60,024 nucleotides of DNA from Catajapyx aquilonaris (taxonomy: Eukaryota): positions 1 to 60,024 of the forward strand of contig JYFJ02002274.1 of NCBI GenBank assembly GCA_000934665.2. The letters are read 5' to 3'. This document shows positions 41,601-52,677 of this stretch, in pieces. Position 1 is the first letter of the stretch, and every line of letters begins with the position of its first letter. The position numbers were made by a program, and so were the translations under genes. Below the pieces are notes generated by a model, which worked only from the letters and a program-made list of their open reading frames with translations, was not told the origin of the DNA and searched no databases.

Positions 41601-44600
41601 ATTTGAAAATGGGTAGGTTTTATAGCTTTTATAGGAGTTGCAAGTTTAACTTGAGGAATAATTTTAAAGAAACGTAAATGTTTTGTTAAGTTTGTTATTG
41701 TACTACTTATGGAGTACCCATTACATTTTATCTACATAATGTCAGTTATTTGTACGTTTGGGTTATCAGAAAAATGTGTGAATATCGGATGTGTGACCTG
41801 ACCTAAAATTACTGTTGATAGGGTGACACAGTTTAGCCTTCGTTGATTGCACCTTTTTTTGTATAATGGTCTTATGGAATGAACCATTGAACCTCTGCCC
41901 TGAAATTTCACCAGCGTGGATCTGAGAGTGATTAGCCCATGGGCATTTTACATGCTAGTAGTACACTGCATTATGAGAAGTTTGTAAACTAATTATCTCA
42001 AACTGTGAAACCATGTACACCTGTAAGTCCAGGTGATAGTTGGTCATCCCTTTAGGAAAAATTTGTATTGTACTGCATACTTCCCCAAGGGATATCATAA
42101 TTAGTGGTGCAGGGGTAGGAATTTACAATGCCAAAGCATTGAGTGATGTTTAATTTAGAAATAATTGATTGCAGTTTAAGATATAACGTCCATGCCTAGT
42201 GATTGAGGTTTCTGCATTTCCCCCATTTCTCTTCTCGCAGGGGACAAACGCCTTGTGTACTTCCCGATCCCGGACTGCACCAAGGAGAACTCCGTGAAGA
42301 CATACAGCTTCCAGGTGCGAGGGGTTAATAAAGACCCCAACTCTGATTATCCTCCCTTGACTGGACGGTGGTCAGCTGAGCAAGAAGGAAACTGCTATGC
42401 AGGAGGTAATTCCATTCCCATCATAATTGCCCCTTGGCTCTTCCACAACGAACATGAGGGTGTCATGGCCACCCTCGAGGCAGAGCCAGGCCTGGAGGTA
42501 GAAAGGTGGCGACAGGATAAGGTTATATACCGGAGGGGCGGAAAGGTAGTTGGAGGGGTAGAAGTCAACAGAACGGAAACTTATCGGGACCAATACATTG
42601 TGGTTGAGAGTAGTGGCAAAAAAATTAAGCCAGAATCATAAAATGAAGAACCATTTTTATTTCAAGGTCAGCAGCATTTCTAGAATAAGCTTATTATTTA
42701 TTCATGATGGAAAATAGTATTTTTAAGTTATATACGATGTCAATCATTATTCCAGTAGGCCACGAAGTTAGATATGTGCTTTTTGTTCTTGTTTAGCAAT
42801 AGAATTAAATTTTAGTTTTTTCGTCGAATTGTGCTTTTATTATTCATTCTAGGCCTTATCGATTATGTTCTCAGAATAAATTAACCCCAATAAAATACAT
42901 TACTAAACCATGCAGCACCGTTGTCTTTATTATAGCTTGGATGTAGCAGCTAAGTTCAAGTCGATCTTTCAGGCAAATTTTAGACTAAATTGAGATGGCA
43001 TACAAGGTAAAATGGCACCTACTTTCGCATTGGATTAGAGCTTAAGTAACGGCAAAGGTAAACACATCAGTGCATTGAGTGCAATAGTATGGGGTATTTT
43101 CAGTTTCGATCTAACATAAATTAAAAGATTTAAGTGCATTGCGCAGTGACACGTTGTTTTATAACTTAGCCAGATTTATCTTAGGCCATGTTGACGCATG
43201 TTTTTGAACAATATGAAGTTCCTACCTGCTTATCACCCCTAATTCTGTGCTCTGTCATACTCTTACAGGCTTGAAAGCCATCCAGATCCTCATCTGGGGT
43301 GGAGCTGCTGTCGGAACCCTAGCGATCCTCCTCCTCGTGGGCTTTGTGGCTGGAAGGTAAGCAGAAAGCGATTGCAACTTTCACTATTTCCACTGATAGG
43401 CTGCACTTTTACTTACCGACTGGGATGTTGGTGCCACGCTGCCCCAGTTGGGAGTGTGTCGTGACATCACCAGGCACTGCAATATGTCATTACGGAGGGG
43501 CTGTCATTAGCGAGGTTCTGAGAAGCACAGTGTCGTAAATACATTAATAGGTGGTTAAGTAACAAGTTAGGGCGGGATGACATACCATGTAAATTGCCGG
43601 GTTCTCACAATTTGTGCCAGGAGCTAGTGCTCGTAGGAGGTGACTGTGGAGGCGTCACTTGTAAATGCTTCTCTTCTCTTTCTGTCAGCATCACTGGCCA
43701 CCTTTTTTTCTGTGTGTCCTTCAAAGATTCCTTACCCAGAATGTTGATGACCTGCAGGAGGTCAGATGATTAGCGCGACCTCACACGCTTATGTCGCAAA
43801 AAGGCTGAAGTTTTTGTGAAATTCCAATCACGCGTTTCCTAGAGAAAGTGACATCATTACTTCTGTTTGAGGCTGTTTAGCTACAAAAAATGTTGTTTTC
43901 ACTGAGAATCTCATTAGGCAATCCATATAAAAAAAAGAACGCAAATTACAGTGATTGGCTAGTAACATTGGCAAGCGCCCCAGTACTCAGTCACACTACT
44001 TCCTCTGAGGGTGAAGGCCTGATGAGGTATGCAAGAGCAAGAGGCCAGGAACCTTTTTCTTTCTCCTCATGTCAAAGCACTTCCAGGTAGGGGGGAATCT
44101 GGAATTCCTGGAAAAGGGAACAAACTTGGAAGAGAAAGTGGGAAAGGGGGAATTAGGGGAAGAAAAAAGGGGGAGGGAAGAAGGGGAGGTAGGGCATCTG
44201 GGACCTTCCTGGAATCACACCAAGCCAGTACTGTACAGGGAAGGGCACCCATCTGTTAATGAGTAGTGACAGTGTGACCTTTTCTGGAAATGGTTCAGAT
44301 TACTAGCAGATGGCATTGATTGTATGGGGCTGTTTCAGGAATTGGGGTTTTTCCGGGGTTTTTCACTTCTGGTTCTCTTTCTTAGGATGTGGAGGAAGTG
44401 CAAGGAAATGAGGGATGTGGAGGTGAAGCTGCCACCTGGCCTGGCACCACCTGAGGTGAGTGTTATTCATTAACGAATCAGTAAACAGATTTTAGTGTAG
44501 TTCATTGCTTCTTATTTACCAAGAACATGCAATATTATAAGGTTTTCATTTTTCAGGATACGCTTGGAGAACTGAAGACTTCATTCATGCCGGAGCATCG

Positions 44601-45874
44601 TTTTGATTCGTCCCTCCTGTACAACCGGCTCCATTCTCAGTGCTCGGATGATGACCGAGAACGCCACATGTCTGGTGACACTGGGTGCAGCATGTATGCC
44701 ATGGATGATGAGCTCCTTCTGAAGGGCAAAGAAGAGAATCCCAGCCGAAACCCAAGTGGAGATTCTAGTGGATGCGTCTCAGGGCATGACAGTGTGTCCA
44801 GCTCGCTGACAACTGGGACGCAGTTGTCCACTGACTCAGGGACTGAAGCCGATCGCCATCCACCACCTTCACCGGATGTGTTTACCTGGGATGCTGCAAC
44901 TGGCAGTCCATCACTGAGGCTGCGCAATCCATCCAGGGGTGCTGGAGCGGAGGACTGTGGTGATGATGCACCAGACTACATCAAGATGGGATTGGCTCCT
45001 GGGAACAGGTCAGCAGATGACAAGGTGGAGGTGGCGTCATCGTCAAGCACCCCAAACTTAGATCGGGCGGGCTGTGGAGAGGATGCCAACAGCATCGTCA
45101 CAGCCTGCCCCACAAACCTGGTGGCACAACCCCAGCGATTGCACCGAGACTCCACCGGATACATAAGCATGCCGAGTAGCCAGGAGTCCATCCCTGGAGA
45201 AGGTTACGCCAAGGTTGGAGTGGCGCCGGAGGCAGGAAGCGCCGGATATTCCAAGGTGAGACTGGATGGAGCCATGTCATCTGATAATAATGTGTTGTGT
45301 AATAGTCATATTTGGCATTAAAGTGGATAAGTGATAGGAAATTACTGTCATAGTGACATGTATCATTCAAGCACATGTCATCATTACAAGAATGTCATAC
45401 AGTTATTGCATCATTTTGACCACTTCCATCATTGCTTGTTATGTACCATGCATATCTAATTAATTTTTTTTACTTCTGAAGGTGGCTCCAGCATCATCAG
45501 GCTACGTTGCACATCCTGCATTCCTGCCAGTGAGCAAGGCTGGAGGTGGATATGTGACCTTGGGGACAACATCTGCCAACCCTGGGACTACAATGCCCTC
45601 GGTGGATAACCCCCCAAAGACATGCCATGAGGTCAACTCTTACTGCAAGGTGGGCATTGATGATGCTACACCTGAAAGTGCTGACGAGGTCCAAGACTTT
45701 ACAGAGATCGAAACTGAAACATTGCCAGAGCCATCACCTTCCCCAAAACATAACACAGGTTACGTTCAGTGGAAGGGATACATGCCACACTCAGTTGTGG
45801 CTTCTCGTCAGGGTGAGGGAGACAGTGTTACTAACACGGACGAAGGGACCTACTGCTCAGCTGCCGTTAGGTAG
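35698..45874 (+). CDS. dome: Cytokine receptor domeless (JAK/STAT receptor; 18 coding exons, ~1270 aa)
   Basis: Exons 35698-35800, 35916-36197, 36259-36394, 37004-37173, 37844-38164, 38357-38516, 38589-38734, 38869-39020, 39194-39344, 39537-39860, 39920-40092, 40614-40725, 40806-40973, 42241-42405, 43269-43356, 44386-44455, 44557-45255, 45482-45874 (3813 nt, open). Signal peptide, Ig-like domain, CVSENWENLKCSW module, WSxWS-like NAWSRP, FN3 repeats, TM (43269-43356), box1-like VKLPPGL, SGDSSGCVSGHDSVSSS..STDSGTE block and many GY motifs. Confidence 0.92.
41064..41468. mobile_element. Kolobok/T2-type MITE with ~115-bp TIRs in a dome intron
   Basis: AGGGACACTCCACTCAAAAAACAAGTTTGGCTCTAAAAATCGGGC... 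versus ...GCCCGATTTTTAGAGCCAAACTTGTTTTTTGAGCGGAGTGTCCCT. Right flank TTAA, left flank TAAA; AGG/CCT ends. Confidence 0.85.
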
Positions 45875-47064
45875 ACTCAACTTGTGAATGCTAAGCTAAC
45901 GTTCGGTGTTTCTTCAATGGTGCTTTATGGGACCTCATATTAGGAGGGCGACAAAAGAGAGGTGCTGCATCAGCCTTGCAAGAAAACAAGAATGAGGTAC
46001 TTATGGGGACCTCACATCAGGGATGTGCCGAGGGGAAAGAAGACTGACTGCTGCATGTGGTTTCTTGCCCCAGTTACCCGTCGTACCTCTTTGTAAATTT
46101 TTTAAAACTTAACAGCGGTCCACTGGTGAAAAAGTGGGTTGCACTGTGGGGTGGTGCTCGGTGCCATTTTAAGTTTCCCAAGCTACTGAGGAAACAGTTT
46201 TATTTCTCCCAGAACGGGTTGTGTGCAAGGGTTGGGCATGAGGGGGGAGGGGAGTGTATTTTTCTACTAAGCGGCCACCCTGCTTATATTTTGAGAGAAG
46301 TGGAAAAATATATGAGCTAGGACCACTTTCCCTAGTCAGAGGAGGTGATCAGTCTCATGTCAGATGTGCGTTGTACAAAATACATCCACCTGTCATTAGT
46401 CTGTGAATTTGTAGCTATGGATCATAGGTGTTTGTGTTAAATTGACTGTGTTGGATTACTCCCTCCTTCATTCCAGAATTGCCAGGCCTGTTTGTTGTTG
46501 TGATTCACAAATCCATCGAACACCTGCGAAATATTGTTCGCATACCTGATGATTCAAACTCCTGGCTTGGAGAGGTCATTCTCCATTATTTAATGTTATT
46601 AAGTGTTTATTCTCTAGGACAACGTACAGTAGTTGTTGGGCAAAGATGTTAAATTTGAATTACGTGGAAGTCTGATTCATGTTAAGCGTCAGAACTTTTA
46701 AAATTTTAACGTGGACTGAACTGAATGTAACAAGCCAGGTTTCTGAGCAAACAAATGATGCATTTTAGTTTATTTTAAATTTAATTTCTTTGTCTTCATC
46801 TTGGAAACAAGACTCGGAAGGGTGTAGGTGATGAAACCAGGCTGAATCTCGAACTATTGTGAACTGAACCATAATGTTATACTATTTTTCACTTGACCAA
46901 TGGGTCATGAAACCCGGTGTCTTGATTGTTGCCTCAAAAACAGGTGCCTCATTGGTCATACTCACCTGGTTGAACATGTGTAGCTACGTGATTATACATA
47001 CACAGCTGTTTTAAGTGATGTTTTCGTAGATTCAATGTCTATTCAAGGATAATGTGGAGTACAA

Positions 47065-47070
47065 AATAAA
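47065..47070 (+). terminator. Probable dome polyadenylation signal
   Basis: AATAAA about 1.2 kb after the stop codon, followed by a GT/T-rich tract (CTGTCTGTCTTCTTGTTT). Confidence 0.6.
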
Positions 47071-47119
47071 AGTATGACTGCTTCACCTGTCTGTCTTCTT
47101 GTTTATAATGCTCTTCACA

Positions 47120-47565
47120 GTGAGCCAATTTTTTTCATTAAATTCCGCAGATAGTGATACGCCAACGAGTTAGCAGATAAATGACAGATATAGCCTTGCC
47201 ATAGATATTAAAGGCTAATATCTGTGAGCCTTGCTTTTATCAATGTTAATACTGCGGTAGCAGGTTGGTAGATACTTCATTTCAGGCAACATTGTGCAAC
47301 AGGTCATGTCTCATTTTTTGATATTGCCGTTTGGGAGTACCTTCCTCATTACTTCAATCATCATGGACAATGTGATGCTGGAGTGGACTTCGTGATGATG
47401 CTGAGGATTACTGTTCTGGTGTGTTTGATTAGATGCTGTTGTGGATTGGGCTCATGTCACTTGGACAAAGGAGGTAAGCTATTATTGAAGGTATGAAGGT
47501 CATATGATTTTTGCGGGATGTTCGGTGGGGTCTGGGGATTCTCCCTAGGATTGATGGGTTTCCCC
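47120..47565 (+). promoter_or_regulatory. Putative promoter and first-intron enhancer of the dome paralog (GATA, RUNX, kappaB motifs)
   Basis: Eight GATA cores in 47149-47275 (AGATAG 47149, AGATAA 47175, TTATCA 47237 fit WGATAR), TGCGGT at 47253, and kappaB-like GGGGATTCTCCC (47534) and GGGTTTCCCC (47556). Confidence 0.45.
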
Positions 47566-50500
47566 TTTACCCAGTAACAATTTAAAATTCTGATGAAGTT
47601 GTGGGCTTGCAGACTACTGTGTATATTTTATTCTAGAACCAATCCAGGGTCCAGTGAAGCAACTGGTGGGAAGCAGCTTCAAAATCACTTGCTCAGTGGG
47701 CCAACAAGATGAAGGAAAATCAAGTAATCTCACATTTAGGATATCAGGTGATATTGGCACAACAGTTGAATGGCATGAAGGATTGAGCAAGTTCCTTTTA
47801 GTTCAAAATGCCAGTCTCTTTAATGGTTCCGTTGATTGCGTACTCAATGGAAGCATGTCTGAAGAAGTCTGTCACATTGATGTCCGAGTCGGATGTAAGC
47901 ATTGTCTAATGCCTAATACAGTGTTAATGTTTACATGTCTGTGTATGGAAGGCCATTAGCCTTTTGGTATCTTTTTGCAGATGAACCTCAGAAGCTTATA
48001 TATTTCGATTGTGTTGCACGAGATTGGAAGAAGAAGATCATGAGAGTCTGTGAATGGGAAGCACCTGAGAACACATTTCCAACCAAATACATGGCACATC
48101 TTGATTCAGGGTATGGAGCAGTAGTAACCTGACTTGTAGCTTTTGTATGATACAAGCACAAATTAATGAAACATACTTTCAGGGATGAAATTGGTGAAAT
48201 AGAGCTGGAAGAAAAACTATGTCCAAATAGTTTAAGGTACTGCTTAAACAGTACCATAAAGTATTTCCGTCATCTAGGCAATACGACGTTTAAGATTCTT
48301 GGATCTAATGAACTGAAAAGCAAAGTTACTGTAGGAACTTACTGTGTTGATTTCAGCATGCAAGGTTAGCTTGATTGTAGAGTTTGGCTGCTGCATACGA
48401 GTATAAATGAGTTAGTGCTTCATGTAAAATAACTACTGTACTTCCAGCAATTCCAGGAAAGCCTCAGGTGTTTATCCAAACTATTAACCCAAAAACTGCT
48501 CAGGTTTCCTGGAAAGCAAATGAATTATGGAAATATGTCCCATATCCTTATGAGTACAATGTTGCATTCAAAAAGTTAGGAGATCCATTGGAAACACAGG
48601 AGGTAATTTTTAATGTGCTCAGCAATTACCGTAGATCTCATGTAATATTAATAACTTCAATTTTAGATTATTCGTATGGAAAATTGTTCTAGAGATGATA
48701 ACTGCCACCACTATAAATTTCGCGAAAAAATTGCTGGACTGTCAGCGAACAGTGTGTACACTTTTGCAGTACGATCAAGATTCCGCAGAAACACAGACGA
48801 GAGGATGTGGTCAGAAGCGGCAGTCGAGCAACTGAAAACTGAATCATTAAGTAAGCCCAGTTAAAATTGTGACACAACCGAGTTTTTAAACTGTTGTTTT
48901 TTACAGAGCTATGTGAGCCTCCAAAGATCTTTCAAGATAGCTTCCAAATATTACATCAAAAGGGAGGCGTAAGAGATGTAGTTATTTACTGGGAGCCATT
49001 TCCATGTGCAGAAGAAGAAACGGGGAAGAAATATTACATTATCAGAGTCAGTGACAGGGGCAGCAACATGTAATGAGCTTACGCCCTATGTCTGCTGCAA
49101 ATATCAAAATTGCATTGTTAACATGCCTCTCTTTGCAGGTCAAAAACTGTATCTAAATCATATGCCAAGTTTGAAAATTTGAATGATGAAACAGGGTACA
49201 CATTTCTGATCAATTACGAGAGCGATGTGAGCAGGTCAAGTGGACCCGGCAAGGTCATCCTGCCCAAGAAAAGTGAACGTATGTTACGTTGTTACCAGAT
49301 GACGCATGTACTGTCCCAGATGAATTGCATGCTTTTTTCTTCTGATATAGTGCTACATCATGATTTACTCAATGCACACCTGATTAAGTACAACAAGTAT
49401 AATGGCGTGCTACTTTGGAACATGACTCAGCATCTGGAGGAGGTCTATGTTGATGTTTACACATGCGATAATTTACAGGCCAACGTATGTGAGGTAAGTA
49501 GCAGAGCTTAATCATTTTGACTGATAGCAGCTGTCGTTGTATTTTATCATTCTAGGATACTTTGAAAAGGCACCCAGTGAGACAAAACGATACAGCCATG
49601 AATATATCCAATTCATATGCAGGTGTATTTTTGAGACTTTCTTCAGGAGAAAAAAATAGTGGAATGATGCTAGTAACATGCAAAGTAGATAAAGGTAACA
49701 GGGGAGTTACAAGTCTGAAAATAACGCAAATAATATATTGGAAGGTGGTATAATCTACAGGTTCAGACGAAGCTCCAGAGTATCTCTATGCATTAGAAGT
49801 GACTAATACAACTGTGCGAGTGGCATGGAATGAGAGCTACAAGCTTTCAGGTGATCTAGACCACTTCATCATTTACTACAACAATGATGCAGTACAAACA
49901 AAACTGCAGAATCCTCCAGGAGCAAAACCTCATGCTGTAAGGGTCACAATAACTGCCAAGTGGTTAATCCATAAAACAATAATTAATTTTTTTTCCAGCT
50001 TTTGGAGGGCCTTCAGAGCTACACAACTTACAGAATAGAATTGAAAGCATGTACCTGTGTGTCATGTTCCAATAAATCACAATCCATTCTTAATGTCACA
50101 ACCCACATTGGAGGTATGTCTTGCATGGTTGTAGTTAGAAAAACTTGATATCATCTGATCATTTTAAATCAATGAATTGTGTGTAGTTCCAGGAAGAATG
50201 CATCAGCCTAATGTGACCTTAGTTAAACCAAATGTTGTGCATATAGCATGGAAAAAGCCACAGGAACCTGGAGGACCTATAGATAGATATGATATAGTTG
50301 CTGATAATGGCACTTATAACTGGACCTGTGAAGGTATGCTACATGTCCTCTCATAAGCGAAAATATGGAGTCATTATTGATAATTGCAGGAAGTATGGAA
50401 GAGATAACATTCCCATTCTGCACTGATTCAAAAGATGCAGAGTACAACTTTCGCATACGAGCTGTTAGCATTGATAAACAGCAGCATGCCAGGCTCTACG

Positions 50501-51972
50501 AAGGACCATGGTCGGAATATGTGAATCTCAGATGCTCTCCAGAAAGTAAGTGCTCAAACTGATTGCTTAGACACTTAGAGGAATGCCTGTCCACCTAGTA
50601 ACGAATATTTTTGGAGTTGGTTTGTTGCGTTAAAAAATTATTTTTATTTCAGATGGGCTGTCAGTGAATATGGTTGCTTCGATTGCTGGTGGAGTAGCTG
50701 CTGGTGTTCTGCTCTGCATATTTCTAGTAAGACTTGGATATTTGCCCATAAGGTGAGTAAGAGATTGTTGTGTCAGTGGATCTGCCTGAAATAGGAGCAG
50801 AGTTGAATACTTTGCTCTCACAGGCTCACAGCAATTTGCATTTTGGAGATGCAGTAATTCAATCATATACAATTTTACAGAGCAATTACAATCATACACA
50901 CTTGATATACTTACTTGCAGGAAGAAGATGCGTAAGTGGTCCGGAGTTCATCCTAATTTGCCTAAGGGTATGATGTCAGAATTGGTAAGTAGTCGTTCAG
51001 TCATTTAGGGCCAGTTATATGGATGAAAATTAATGCAAACTGCAAATTAATTTCCATTACAACGATAATATACAAACTGCTGTATAAATATAAATAAAAC
51101 CAATTCTTCAGTTCACTTAACTTTCATGCATGCAACTGGTCCTTGATCATAGACTTCTCTGACTTGCAGTACATCTAATGAATTATGTTTATTAGTATGA
51201 AATCAATTCAGCGAGATTACCAGATGGCCATAATGCCTCAGAGGTTGATAGCTTTGGCCTGACTAATGTGACCCACATTGGACATTCTGAAATTATCTAT
51301 CCTGAAGAAGACTCAAGTCTAATGCTTGACTATGAAGATATGAATGATGGCTTTGTAGAACAACACATTTTCACATCTGTACCTAGCAGCTCTTGGGGGT
51401 GGATTTACAAGCCACAAGATGCAGATGAGCAAGAGGAGCTATTAAATTCTCCTTACATGAAAGCTGGTATTCAACCATCAGATGACACTGTAGGTTTTAC
51501 TGTATCATCATCCAGCAACGAACAAATAAGTGACTGTGAGAGTAGTGCATGTGAAACTACTTCTGATCCATCTGGTATGGAAGAACCAAGTGGATCTCAA
51601 GTACCCAACAGCATGGTGTATGTTCCTTTGGATCATCCAATGGTGTCTCCTTCCAGTGACTCACAACCATGTTACACCAAAGCTGGAATTGCCCCTGATT
51701 GCAGCATGGACACAGGAAGTGACAGCGACAGTGAAAGGTGGATTGAATTTACTTCCCCAGCAAAGAAAGACAAAGGTCACCGAAACATCAATCCCCAAAG
51801 TCCACCAGTGATTGCTGCTCACATAATATCCACTCCCACATATTTGCCCTTGGAAAACTTTTCCCTCCCTCAAGCAGCCAGTCACAATGAAAATGGAAAT
51901 GATATGGAGATGTTCAATCTGTCTTATGTTAGAGCTGAAATTGCAGCGACTAATAGTCATGGTTCTGTGTAG
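47395..51972 (+). CDS. Diverged domeless-like cytokine receptor, tandem paralog (17 coding exons, ~1035 aa)
   Basis: Exons 47395-47473, 47637-47894, 47981-48110, 48183-48364, 48448-48602, 48667-48850, 48907-49069, 49139-49278, 49351-49493, 49556-49694, 49761-49936, 49999-50113, 50187-50333, 50390-50545, 50653-50752, 50921-50984, 51196-51972 (3108 nt, open). Signal peptide, FDCVARDW..CEWEAPEN, AVRSR..MWSEA, SGMMLVTC, LDHFIIYYN, EGPWSE, TM (50653-50752), box1-like PNLPKGM. Intron phases match dome. Confidence 0.88.
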
Positions 51973-52677
51973 TTGTCACACTGCTGAATTTCTGCTGTTT
52001 CTTATTATCTTGTTGAGTGATGGTGTGATGTGAACTTGGTAAAACCATCTCTGGTAAAACCTGAATATTTTATTGATCCCTCCCACTGTTGTGCTTCATT
52101 AGAGTGGTAGATGGGAAATAGGATGAGGAGGGATCCAATCAGAGGGTGGTGCAGGGAGGCCCGCCAGGTGGTGCATGCATCCACACCACTCTACATGTTG
52201 AGGATCGTTGAGAGTCGCCAGCCCCTCCCTCCCACCCGCCCTTCCCTGCCTCCCCCTCAACTGATGAGTGCTGAGACTCAACATGGCCGCTGCTTGAGCT
52301 TCCTCCCCCACCACACACTTCCCACCCAGCCCAGACATCCAGCCTCCCTTCCCTCCCTCTGGACTGGACCAAGAAGGAGGTGGATTTAATCCATCAGCAG
52401 ACTGTTGCTGTCGGAATCCTGTGTGTCGCCTGCAGCCAGTAGTGTGTGTATCTGGCTGCATCATCTGGGGCTGGACCACCAGACTTGACGCTGACTTGAC
52501 AGAATGGAAGGGTAGAGCACCGTCTGTGGTCACCAGGGAGGAAGAAGGGGGAAGTCCCAGCTGGTGGGTATAGGCCCAGGCACCAACTCTTGCCCACGCC
52601 ACCCTTCCTGTCCGCAGCTGAGGAGTGGCCATAAGGCACCAGCAGGCACCATCACGACATCCACAACGGCAGCTACC

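Noticed and set aside
45256..45323. Read-through of the last dome donor giving a shorter tail followed by ATTAAA
   Set aside because: Only 21 codons, the donor AAG|GTGAGA is strong, and this is expected by chance.
49279..49350. Stop-free, in-frame 72-nt intron in the paralog
   Set aside because: Position and phase match a dome intron; retention cannot be supported from sequence alone.
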